Program-made: the position numbers and the translations under genes
Source of the DNA: a virus
Reading direction: 5' to 3' (one strand)
IMG/VR virus record: IMGVR_UViG_3300045391_003842
Coordinates: 51,789 to 115,788 of that record
DNA: 64,000 nucleotides
In this document: positions 56,401-64,000 of the stretch, piece by piece
Position numbering within the stretch: the stretch's first letter is position 1
Layout: each line of letters opens with the position of its first letter
Notes under the pieces: generated by a model
What the model was told of the DNA's origin: nothing
The model's database searches: none
What the model saw: the letters and a program-made list of their open reading frames with translations, nothing else

Positions 56401-57389
56401 TTTTCAGCCAAGCTGTCGCGGCGCTCTTTGTCGCCCAACAGGCTGACGATCTCTTCGGCCCAGGCTTGTGCATTCCAGGGTGCGCGGGCGATGACCGGGC
56501 AGTCGGCATAGGTGACGATGTCACTTGCCAGAACCGGGAAGCCAGCGGCTCCGTACTCGAGAATTCGGAGGTCGGATTTGCATCGGTTGAACATATTGTC
56601 CTGGAGCGGTGCCAAGGCCAGATCCAGGCGCAGCGCGCCCATGGCCGCCGGGTAGTCCTTGAAATCCACACCGGGCGTGAACTCGGCCGTCACGCCTTCC
56701 GGCACCCAGTCCATGTTGATCTGTTGGCCGTGTTTCTGGCCCGGCGCCCAGCCCATGAACACCCAGTGCACCGTGTCGCCCAGACGCTTCATGACGTCCG
56801 GCAGGATGGACAGGTCACCGCTGTGGCCAACCCCGCCAACCCAACCGACGCGCGGCTTGGTGCTGCTGTCGGTGGACTTGGCATTGCGCCGCCCCTCACG
56901 CGCGGCATTGATGAACCACTGCGGCAACTCGTTCGGAATGATACGAACGTCCACGTTGCGCGTCAGGCGCTTCATTTGATCCGCGAGGTACGGCGTGGTC
57001 ACCGTGATCGCGTTGCAGATCTTGGCGGCGCGCTCGATTCGCTCTTTCACGTCCGCAGGCACGCCGGCCTTGTGAATGGACTCATCCGGCACGCGCCAGA
57101 AGATGTCATCGATCTCGTACACCATGAATGCATCCGGAACGGCTTTCCGGTAGCGCTTCATCGCTTCGATCTGGGTGTCGGTCTGCTGGAACTGGAGCAC
57201 CACGACATCCGGCGCCATGGCCGTCAGTACGTGATCGTCCAAAATTGTGGGATGGGCCTGGGCGAGCGCCACGCCGGAACCGCGCATGATAGCAGCCGGT
57301 TGTAGGATGCGGTATTGGCCGCCACCGAATACGTTACCGTTATGCATCAGGACACGAGGCGCACTCGTGGAAAAGTCTAGCCGCGGCAT
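53436..57389 (-). CDS. multidomain glycosyltransferase (GT4-like + tandem GT2 domains)
   Basis: YEIDD..W, LAPLQDN.FN.CKS..ILEY; IVMPLYN...VDDAS...FLDHDD...EGSQDWD; IIIPTKD...LNDD...VTGAC...YNDVDFC. Confidence 0.9.
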   Translation of the reverse strand: MPRLDFSTSAPRVLMHNGNVFGGGQYRILQPAAIMRGSGVALAQAHPTILDDHVLTAMAPDVVVLQFQQTDTQIEAMKRYRKAVPDAFMVYEIDDIFWRVPDESIHKAGVPADVKERIERAAKICNAITVTTPYLADQMKRLTRNVDVRIIPNELPQWFINAAREGRRNAKSTDSSTKPRVGWVGGVGHSGDLSILPDVMKRLGDTVHWVFMGWAPGQKHGQQINMDWVPEGVTAEFTPGVDFKDYPAAMGALRLDLALAPLQDNMFNRCKSDLRILEYGAAGFPVLASDIVTYADCPVIARAPWNAQAWAEEIVSLLGDKERRDSLAEKLHLWVCETRCMDRNIADRVQKLLPRNATRFEPAKNFNAADTQGVSVVCTTSWTGGMDIETFSSVEAARIAHPHNHVLYIRDNTKLTSRQLMTFVGSLGNPNVASVSALTNDSQYPDPQRFVDMTDSVAADLDECSILLDAKPVILPFPTGPAVLMSDAALSRFGLPDITSFGGDLEGAMMDWGARCAELGLKHILTANAFVHTKRRVTRPKEMTEHFVNKVSAWMPMLTPTLQNFVRSNPLGPVREELELAHNRHFYRKPQHDSSYMSWSRINDTPGTADFAAMDAMTAEWESNCGGGDNLPRINIVMPLYNTPHEFLMEAIESVLAQNYPYWRLLIVDDASTDSEVRKIAEGFWSREPRIEYKKRPENGHICVASNDALDMAEHGWVVFLDHDDRLPKHALWMLAHTILTNPDAQFIYSDSDKIQPVDPNKSVEHPDRNFPYFSPDFNYELLLAQNYVTHMACYRLEGIRAVDNLRPGYEGSQDWDLALRYITHTCGNPPDKSKIVHIQHVLYHWRMSPDSVSMNINSKPYALAAGQRAVIDHLAQTGQRAIVGPNPVFPAYTMVRWLNEQDAPSVTIIIPTKDNKDVLARCLNAVLQKTMYPNFNIVIVDNGSKQKDTLTFLNTVQTHKQVTVKRRPGPFNFAAINNEAVRDTTAQFVCLLNDDTEPLEPSWLSDMVALANRPGVGAVGAKLLYPSGHVQQNGIIIDWSAPPGGKCLHAFQRMGQNDTGQAARNLITQEWVAVTGACLVVRRSLYENVNGMDADAFPIDYNDVDFCLRLHAAGYRNIVSAQALVFHHEGVTKRQHLIGYKRETMIAAEERLMARHKRIVDGGWNKNLMFHPHLTQGTQNAVPKPWTIDRKRVLLVNGTMVDALAQWDAGHLPLCVTLNGHNCHLTFPHATHVQPIDIRGSADNFIGLALMLDIQKVIFCGVGNGTVGAIGYFRKVAETIQTEVALTKEADIRDPHVPADVFDLGIGALMNQKQAA

Positions 57390-57465
57390 GCGGAGGTTCC
57401 TTTAGGGTTAAGGGAAGAAGGATTATGGCTCGGCAGAGCGCCGCGTCAACGACGCTCTGCTTTCG

Positions 57466-59262
57466 TTAAGACGGTGCTGCGTTGCCCGGTCTGGCATCAC
57501 CAATGAAAATATCCTGGACATCCTTGTTCGGGTCGGGGTCAAGCTGCGACTCGAATATCTCTGGCGCTGCCGCCTTGGAACTTTCAGCCCGGCTGTCGCG
57601 ACGCACGCCTGACGTATGCCCGTGGTCCTCTGCTCGGGCCGGGTCTTTCTTGTGATCGAACGGCGCACCTTTGCCGCCCTCTCCAGGCGCGGGCTTGGGC
57701 GCCAGGACTGCTTGCACGATGGATTGAAACACATTGGTGAGCGCTGGATCTACCGGGGCCTTGCCCATGATACGGAGGATTTTCTTTTCGTCCTCATCTT
57801 TTCCGAGTGATTCGAGCGGCGGATCATCGTTTAAAGCACGTCTTTCATCCACAGTTGATGCGAGCACGCGCGCTTCGTACTCACGGGCGTCCTCTTTCGG
57901 GCTGCAACCGGTCCAGCCGAATTCGAGGTGCGACCACGTGTCCCAAATAAGATACTCATTGATCAGCGTGGCGACGTGGTCCAGCAGCACCGACAGGTAG
58001 GGATCGTAATCGTCAATGCCGGGCGCTGCCGTCGCCGGTACCTCGGGCTTCGAATCGCGGGTGTGACCGGAGATATGGTAGCCGAGACGGGTGACCGGGA
58101 ACTTGTAGATAGCGCAGAACAGACCGGCAACCATGTTCATGAAATCGGCATAGTATGTCTCGTTCTCTTTCAAACGGGACAAATCGACAACTTCAATCTT
58201 GCCATCCTTTGGGATCGGGATGACAGGCAGTGCCCACGATTTGCTGATGCCACGCTTCAGGTTCTGCCAGATCCTGGTCAGCACATCCAACTGCCGTTGG
58301 TTCCACATGCCGGTCGCGGTCAGGAAGCCGTTGGGGATACTGTTGCGATTGAAAATATCGGCATTCATATCTATAACGTTTTGAAATGCCTGGATGAGAC
58401 GAATCGTCATCTCAATCTCAGGGTAGCCGTACCCCATGATATCGGCGTCGGCTCGTGGATTGCGCACCGAGAAGACAAGCTGCTCGCGTGTGAACTTGTG
58501 GATGACCTGCCCGGCCTCATCGATCGCCACGGCAAACACGTTCGGATCTTGTCGGTAACCGTCAGGACCGCACAGCCGCATGTTGAACGCCGAGTACGCT
58601 TTGAACGATTTCACGCGGTCCATGAGATCGCGATCCGTCCACACCGCCATGCCGTCATAGGTCAGGCTGTCGCGCACCACCTCCGACAAAAACCCAGCGA
58701 AATTCGTCAGCTTTTTCTTGTCGCGCTCGCGAGCGTTTTCAGTTTCTCTGTTGCAGTTCAGTAGGAACTTTTGCGCAGCCAGGATGTCCTTCAGATCCTG
58801 TTCGCCGGGGCTCCGATCGGCTTGCCGCAGTGTGATGCGCCAGCCGGGCTTCCACGGATGCTTCGATAGCTTCTGGTAGCGGAGCACGTCGCCGACGCGG
58901 AGGTTGATGATGGTCTGCGGAATCAGGTTCTCCCGCACCACCTTGCGCAGCGCTTCCGGCGGCATGCCCGGCCACTGTTGCACACCGCCGTTGTGCACTT
59001 CCGGCAGCATGCTGATGCGGGCGAATGACACCATCTCGGGCGGCATCGTCAGCGCCTTGGCGATCCCCTCGCTCTTGGCCTTAACGATGTCGTCGGTGAG
59101 CCCGGTGACCCAGCGTTGGAATTGGGACGGTTCCGGCAGGTTCATGCCGGCGAAGGCCCGCGCGTAGCTGTCGATATCGTAGGCGTGCTCGTAGACAGGA
59201 AAGCCGCCGGCTTCACCGCCGTTCGGATTGAAAGGCTCGGGTCTCTGCGCGGGTTGGCTCAT
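57466..59262 (-). CDS. portal protein
   Basis: F.....VRDSLTYD, RNPR.D...YGYPE.E, FN....PNG.L; adjacent to terminase. Confidence 0.85.
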   Translation of the reverse strand: MSQPAQRPEPFNPNGGEAGGFPVYEHAYDIDSYARAFAGMNLPEPSQFQRWVTGLTDDIVKAKSEGIAKALTMPPEMVSFARISMLPEVHNGGVQQWPGMPPEALRKVVRENLIPQTIINLRVGDVLRYQKLSKHPWKPGWRITLRQADRSPGEQDLKDILAAQKFLLNCNRETENARERDKKKLTNFAGFLSEVVRDSLTYDGMAVWTDRDLMDRVKSFKAYSAFNMRLCGPDGYRQDPNVFAVAIDEAGQVIHKFTREQLVFSVRNPRADADIMGYGYPEIEMTIRLIQAFQNVIDMNADIFNRNSIPNGFLTATGMWNQRQLDVLTRIWQNLKRGISKSWALPVIPIPKDGKIEVVDLSRLKENETYYADFMNMVAGLFCAIYKFPVTRLGYHISGHTRDSKPEVPATAAPGIDDYDPYLSVLLDHVATLINEYLIWDTWSHLEFGWTGCSPKEDAREYEARVLASTVDERRALNDDPPLESLGKDEDEKKILRIMGKAPVDPALTNVFQSIVQAVLAPKPAPGEGGKGAPFDHKKDPARAEDHGHTSGVRRDSRAESSKAAAPEIFESQLDPDPNKDVQDIFIGDARPGNAAPS

Positions 59263-59272
59263 ATTTGCGTCC

Positions 59273-60433
59273 TCAAGAGCGCGGAAACGACATCAGGAAT
59301 TGGTCGGCGTACCTATCGCATGCAGGGTTCATCGCGGTTGTAACACGTTTGTGCGCTTTACACAGGCAGGGATTCACAAAGTTCGTGCAGGTGCCGCAAG
59401 TGCCATCAAATGGGTTGATCACGAGTCCGTCCTCCAGCAGCTTGCCGATGTCGAACATGCGTTCTTCCATCGCCACACCCATTTCAACGGCGCCCATGGC
59501 GTACGCTGCATCGTTCCCCATGGATGGCCCACCGTTGTGACCCATCATGGAGCGATCCACCTGCTCTGGCGTCTGATAGCCGGTCGGCATCAGGCCGCTG
59601 GCGCTGCCTTCACGGATTGCCCAGTTTGTGATGTGCACCAGAGCGTCCACCTGATCGTCGGTGCCGCCGCGATCGCCGGTAAAGTCCTTCAGTTCGATCT
59701 CAAACTTTTCCAGCCAGGGCAGGAATATCGCGTTGTCCACCTTGCTGTCATAGGTCGGAAAGTGGATCCGGCCGGACCGGAACCAGCCTTGCGTGGAGCC
59801 CGCGCCGCCGCCGCCGTTGACGGCACGGTCGCGTTTGTTCTCAGACGGTGTGACGCCCTCCAGCGGTATGTTGGTGTTGGTCAACGTTTGTAGGGCGGCG
59901 GCGCCGTTGGCCTTTTTCTCTACAACCATGATGTGCGGGTTCCACAACCGGTGCAGGCGCCGCATGTTGGTGACCAGATCGCCGATCTCCACTTTGTCCC
60001 GGTACACGTCAAGAACGTATATCTCAAAATGTGGATCGCACGGGCCGACTTCGTTCGGATCTTCGCCGCGGTGATATTCGGTGCACGGCACCATCAGCAC
60101 GGTGACACCCACCGTGTGGTTGGAGTCCGGCGTCGCCGTCAGCGCGGTGTCCCAGCCCTGCCCGATCATGCCGCCGCTCGCTTCCACGAACTTGCGCACG
60201 TGCGGCGAGTGCATGCCTAGCTCCAACTCAGGCGGGGCTCGGTAGTAGCAAAAGTCAGCCTGGACGAAGATGGAACCGGTGCGCGCGCCGGGCCGGCACT
60301 GATAGACCGATTCCGCGATGTCCGGTGTGAGCCGCTTGATGCCGAAGTAGTCTATGCGCTTCTGCTCAGAGTCGGCCCAGTAGAACCCCTGCTTCTTCGG
60401 GTCATGCGCATAGGGGTATTTGACGTGTCTCAT
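59273..60433 (-). CDS. terminase large subunit, C-terminal nuclease part
   Basis: YQC.P, QGWDTA, VVEKKANG, K.DRA, DDQVDAL. Confidence 0.85.
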   Translation of the reverse strand: MRHVKYPYAHDPKKQGFYWADSEQKRIDYFGIKRLTPDIAESVYQCRPGARTGSIFVQADFCYYRAPPELELGMHSPHVRKFVEASGGMIGQGWDTALTATPDSNHTVGVTVLMVPCTEYHRGEDPNEVGPCDPHFEIYVLDVYRDKVEIGDLVTNMRRLHRLWNPHIMVVEKKANGAAALQTLTNTNIPLEGVTPSENKRDRAVNGGGGAGSTQGWFRSGRIHFPTYDSKVDNAIFLPWLEKFEIELKDFTGDRGGTDDQVDALVHITNWAIREGSASGLMPTGYQTPEQVDRSMMGHNGGPSMGNDAAYAMGAVEMGVAMEERMFDIGKLLEDGLVINPFDGTCGTCTNFVNPCLCKAHKRVTTAMNPACDRYADQFLMSFPRS

Positions 60434-61263
60434 GGTTCATCCACCGGCCACATGGTTCCATCTGGCATGCGGCACATCCCATCAGTGAAGACGCACTCCA
60501 TGTCGTCTGGCATGAAGATATCGTAATATAGTATCTCAGCCCCGTCGCGTTCCGCCGGAAGCTCCAGCACCACCCAATCGTTTTCCTTCAGCACGCCATA
60601 GATGTCATTCTGGTGCCATCGTCGCCCGGCCATGACAAAGCGTGCGCCCATCGGATCGGCGCGGCCGACGATGGTTTTCGCGTACTTCTCGACCACTTTC
60701 TTGCACTGCTCGGCGTTGGCTGAGTTTTCCTCGTTGTGCAAGTCGTCAATGATGATCGTGCGGCCGTGCTTACCGGTCAGGTATTTGCTGTCGATACCGC
60801 AGGCGAGATAGCTCGCGTCTGGGATGCCGGGCCGGCGCCCGGTCACGAACGCACCGCCCTCGGTTGACCACCCGGCTGACTTGTCCGCGCGCACGCCTGG
60901 GAATATGCGGGGCCAGTGCTTGGAGTTTTCGATCACCGCCATGACAGCTTTTTGGAACCCCTGCATCAGCGCCTCACCGCCTGAGATTCCCAGAACGGTC
61001 ATATTCGGATCAAGGCCTATGCGCCATGCTGGGTATGCGATTGAAATCGCCTGACTTTTTCCGGAGCCCGGCCCGATAATGAACATCAACTTGTTGATAC
61101 GGGTGTCGCAGAGCCCGTGTGACAGAGGCATGAGATGCTTCGGGTAGTCCCATGCCATGTCACTGAAAATCAATTCATAAAAGGCCATGAAGCCGATCGG
61201 CGTCGAACGTTGGCACAAGGCCGCCGTTGGATCTTGGTACGCCCCTGGTACGAACTTCTCCAT
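60430..61263 (-). CDS. terminase large subunit, N-terminal ATPase part
   Basis: GPGSGKS Walker A, LTGKHG..IIIDD.H Walker B, RWHQND.YG, W.VL.LPA. Confidence 0.85.
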   Translation of the reverse strand: MEKFVPGAYQDPTAALCQRSTPIGFMAFYELIFSDMAWDYPKHLMPLSHGLCDTRINKLMFIIGPGSGKSQAISIAYPAWRIGLDPNMTVLGISGGEALMQGFQKAVMAVIENSKHWPRIFPGVRADKSAGWSTEGGAFVTGRRPGIPDASYLACGIDSKYLTGKHGRTIIIDDLHNEENSANAEQCKKVVEKYAKTIVGRADPMGARFVMAGRRWHQNDIYGVLKENDWVVLELPAERDGAEILYYDIFMPDDMECVFTDGMCRMPDGTMWPVDEP

Positions 61264-61323
61264 GGCGAACAAAACTCCCGTAAGGTACAGTTGAGCATGT
61301 CAACCGCGTAACTACCACGTGAT

Positions 61324-61343
61324 ATGGCACTCTGGCCTGCCAG
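61324..61343. promoter_or_regulatory. operator-like site (copy 6)
   Basis: ATGGCA-N8-TGCCAG in the divergent intergenic region. Confidence 0.45.
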
Positions 61344-61373
61344 ACTAGCAGGAACATAACAGGACACCCAACC

Positions 61374-61877
61374 ATGGCCTACAAGCTTACGGATCGTCTC
61401 AAAGAATGGACAACCTACGCTGGCGTGGTGCTGGCAGGTGTCGGCGCAGTGATTCCGGATCTCATCCCGCCCGACGCATGGTCCCATTATCTCGGCGATG
61501 CGCAAATCATCCTGGGTGCAGCGATGGCGTTCATGCCGCAATCCGCTGGATCCACAACGGCGATCGAACAGGACGCCGTGTCGCTGCTTCAGGCTTTCAC
61601 CAGCAAAATGCCGGCTGACTATGCTGAATCTGTTCGTCCCGTTCTCAACTCTCTGGCTCGCGCTGCTATCGCGCACCAGATCGTTCCACCCACCAGCGTG
61701 GCAACACTGCATCCCCAACTCATCGGCGGAGCAGCGCCCATTGTGGTCGCGGCACAGCCCGGTGCTGATCAGGCTGCGCAGGCGCCAGCCGACGCGTCAG
61801 TCAAGGCGGTGCCGGTACCGGCAGAAACGGCGGCGCAAGCGCCGTCGCGCGTATCCCCTAACCTCGGAGCCAAGTAA
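61374..61877 (+). CDS. putative holin-like membrane protein
   Basis: RLKE.TT.AG N-terminal motif plus two hydrophobic helices. Confidence 0.5.
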   Translation: MAYKLTDRLKEWTTYAGVVLAGVGAVIPDLIPPDAWSHYLGDAQIILGAAMAFMPQSAGSTTAIEQDAVSLLQAFTSKMPADYAESVRPVLNSLARAAIAHQIVPPTSVATLHPQLIGGAAPIVVAAQPGADQAAQAPADASVKAVPVPAETAAQAPSRVSPNLGAK

Positions 61878-62389
61878 TGTTGCAAGCTTTTAACCCGGCA
61901 CGCCGTGCCGCGATCGGCGTCGGCGCCAGCGCAGTGCTGGCCGGCGCCCTGGCCGCCTGCGCCAAGCAGCAGGCCGATGGAACCACGGTCACCGTCACGC
62001 CGGCCATGATCGCGGCCCAGGCGAAGACCACGCTGGATGCGGTGTCCGGCGCCGTCACCGTGTACCTGACCGGCAATCCTGGTGCGATCAGCGCGGACGA
62101 TCAGGCGAACATCGCGAGCGCGGAATCGGCGGCAAACGCGGCCATCGGTTCGATCGCCACCCTGGACCTGTCCAATGTGGCGTCCACCGCGCTGAGCATC
62201 GCCAACAGCATCGTCACCATCGTCAACGCGATTCCGGCGTTGCCTATCGCGGTGCGTGTCGGCGCCGTTGCGTTCCAGGTTCTGGTGGCCAATCTGCAAC
62301 CGCTGTTGTCAGCGCCGGCTGCCGGTGCCACATCCAAGCTTCCCCAGATCACGCATGGCGCGGTGATCTGCCAGCTTGTGAAGGCGTAA
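61877..62389 (+). CDS. putative lipoprotein
   Basis: RR + hydrophobic signal + LAAC lipobox. Confidence 0.65.
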   Translation: MLQAFNPARRAAIGVGASAVLAGALAACAKQQADGTTVTVTPAMIAAQAKTTLDAVSGAVTVYLTGNPGAISADDQANIASAESAANAAIGSIATLDLSNVASTALSIANSIVTIVNAIPALPIAVRVGAVAFQVLVANLQPLLSAPAAGATSKLPQITHGAVICQLVKA

Positions 62390-62393
62390 GCCG

Positions 62394-63161
62394 ATGCGTG
62401 CCGTCTGGTCTGAAAAGAAACTGGGCGGCTTGGTTCCGCAGGGTGAGGATACGTCCTCCCCTGCCGGCGCCGATCTCGTCACCGCGGCCGGGCCGCTGAG
62501 CCTGGACATCCCAGCCGTCATCCGGTGGGATCTGTCGGTGGCCGAATGGCCGATGGATGACAACGACAACACGGGCGACTGCACGTCAGCCGCCGTGGCC
62601 CATGCCATCCAGCAATGGAGCCTGTACGGGCAGGGCGTCTCGAAAATGATGAGCGTTGCCAAGACGCTTGAGTTCTTCGCCGCGACCAAGGCACCAGGGC
62701 AGGACGGCGCGTATCTCGCCACAGTTCTGACGTATTGGCGTGATACCGGCGTGGACACTGGATACGGCGTCGAGCGGATCGAGGGTTTCGCCAAGCTGAC
62801 TCCCGCCCTCATCACGTGGTCCGCTGCGTGGTTCGGAAACGCGTTCCTCGTTCTCGCGCTACCCCTCTACGCCCAAGCGATGTCGGATGATTGGACCATT
62901 CCAGACGGCATCACCGATCTGGAGCCCGGTAGTTGGGGGGTGCACTGCATCATCGTGGTTGGTGCAGATGCGAATTGGCTGTACTTCGTTTCCTGGGGGA
63001 AGCTGATGCGCATGACTCGCGCATTCGCTCAGGCATATTTCCAGGAAGCCTATGCTGTTCTGTCGCGCTTGTGGGTGAAGTCGAACGGTTATGCTCCGTC
63101 AGGGGCGTCGTTTGATTTCATGCGTCAACAACTGAAGGCTTTGCCGCCAGCTAACGGGTGA
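62394..63161 (+). CDS. papain-like (C1-type) cysteine protease
   Basis: NDNTGDCTSAA (Cys), WGVHCIIVVG (His), FVSWG. Confidence 0.75.
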   Translation: MRAVWSEKKLGGLVPQGEDTSSPAGADLVTAAGPLSLDIPAVIRWDLSVAEWPMDDNDNTGDCTSAAVAHAIQQWSLYGQGVSKMMSVAKTLEFFAATKAPGQDGAYLATVLTYWRDTGVDTGYGVERIEGFAKLTPALITWSAAWFGNAFLVLALPLYAQAMSDDWTIPDGITDLEPGSWGVHCIIVVGADANWLYFVSWGKLMRMTRAFAQAYFQEAYAVLSRLWVKSNGYAPSGASFDFMRQQLKALPPANG

Positions 63162-63169
63162 TAACGAAT

Positions 63170-63499
63170 ATGAGCGATTCAACTGCGGGTATGGAGGCAC
63201 GTTTGGCTATCGCTGAGCACGGCCTTGAAAGGCTGTCGGTGCAAGTCGCGCGCATGGATGTTGATATCGTTGACATCAAAACCAGACTGGCAACAACGGC
63301 CACGAAGGATGACGTCAACAACCTGAAATTGGATATCGCGAATATCAGTTCCAAGATCGACAGCACCTTCAACGGACTCTTGCGTGACGCGCTGAACGCC
63401 GTTCCGCAGAGAACAACGCATTTCCTCATGGGAGCCGCGATCGTCATCAGCGTCATCAGTGTGGCGGCTACCATTGTCTTCGGCGTCCTCCACCACTAA
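63170..63499 (+). CDS. coiled-coil protein with C-terminal TM helix
   Basis: EARL...E...I.DIK......ATKDDV; hydrophobic C-terminus. Confidence 0.65.
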   Translation: MSDSTAGMEARLAIAEHGLERLSVQVARMDVDIVDIKTRLATTATKDDVNNLKLDIANISSKIDSTFNGLLRDALNAVPQRTTHFLMGAAIVISVISVAATIVFGVLHH

Positions 63500-63902
63500 G
63501 CTCAAGCGGTCTGGCCGCTGGCTGACGCTGTACACCAAGCTACGCACAGGAAAGGCGTTCCTGCTGATCCTGACGTGCTTCTGTGCGTTCTGGATTGCAT
63601 GGAACGAATTGCCGTTCCTGCCGCACTTCGATGACAGCATGTTCGGCCGACTGACGCTGTTCCTGTCGGTGGAAGCATCGTTGGCAACGTCAATGCTGAT
63701 CATGGCAAATGAAAAGGCCGAAGAGGCGCAGCGGAAGACGATTCAGTATATGATGGATCTCATGGTGGCCCAGCGCGACACGATGAACGTGATCCGCGGA
63801 CTGCTGGAGAAGGAGCGCCATTATGTACAGGATAGCCTGGATGCGGTGCCATCTGATCAGGCTCAGAACGTGGTCGTGGTCAAACCTGATCAGGCGGCAT
63901 AG
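63459..63902 (+). CDS. DUF1003-like membrane protein
   Basis: WI.WN....FD...F..L.L.LS.EA......IMA; start uncertain. Confidence 0.7.
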   Translation: MWRLPLSSASSTTKLKRSGRWLTLYTKLRTGKAFLLILTCFCAFWIAWNELPFLPHFDDSMFGRLTLFLSVEASLATSMLIMANEKAEEAQRKTIQYMMDLMVAQRDTMNVIRGLLEKERHYVQDSLDAVPSDQAQNVVVVKPDQAA

Positions 63903-63908
63903 GCGCGG

Positions 63909-64000
63909 CTACATTCCCAAGGCGCGCCGGTAGACATCCAGCATCGCTTCTTCTTCTTCAACGGCCGTGGCTTCGCGCTTGCGGATCTTGATCAGCGCGC
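63909..64000 (-). CDS. gapR: GapR/DUF2312 family DNA-binding protein, 3' end (truncated by the window)
   Basis: translates ...ALIKIRKREATAVEEEEAMLDVYRRALGM*, the characteristic GapR C-terminus. Confidence 0.8.
   Translation of the reverse strand, partial: ALIKIRKREATAVEEEEAMLDVYRRALGM

Noticed and set aside
1-64000. Prophage boundary, integrase, transposase, DGR or retron
   Set aside because: No att-like junction, recombinase, transposase or reverse transcriptase motifs were recognised in this window.

Overview
This is a 64-kb segment of a GC-rich contractile-tailed (myovirus-type) phage genome. The host is probably an alphaproteobacterium, based on a partial GapR/DUF2312 gene at the right edge and TTGaC...GCnAnAwC-type promoters. 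Layout: (1) 1-10.4 kb holds small early and accessory genes (two ParB-like proteins, a tandem family sharing a 'DPE..Y.RLK.KF' tail, a NADAR hydrolase, a nucleoside deoxyribosyltransferase-like protein, a RecD/Dda helicase). (2) A 1,600-aa esterase + GH16 + GH5 protein follows. (3) 15.3-18.3 kb is an RNA-rich island: a promoter-led array of five Y-RNA-like modules (two contain circularly permuted tRNA mimics, several show anticodon-loop-like heptamers) directly upstream of a Ro60/TROVE (Rsr) gene, then an HTH gene and two more candidate structured RNAs, each with its own promoter and terminator. (4) 18.3-53.3 kb is the head-neck-tail-baseplate-fibre module, with an embedded FkbM methyltransferase, a GT9-like gene and a second GH5-bearing tail protein. 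(5) An inverted block holds a large glycosyltransferase, the portal and a terminase split into two ORFs. (6) A lysis-like cassette contains a papain-like protease. The most notable system is the Ro60 + five-unit Y RNA array. A recurrent intergenic palindrome (TGDCA-N8-TGHCA) also suggests a phage regulon. All calls come from motif recognition by eye; no database searches were run.
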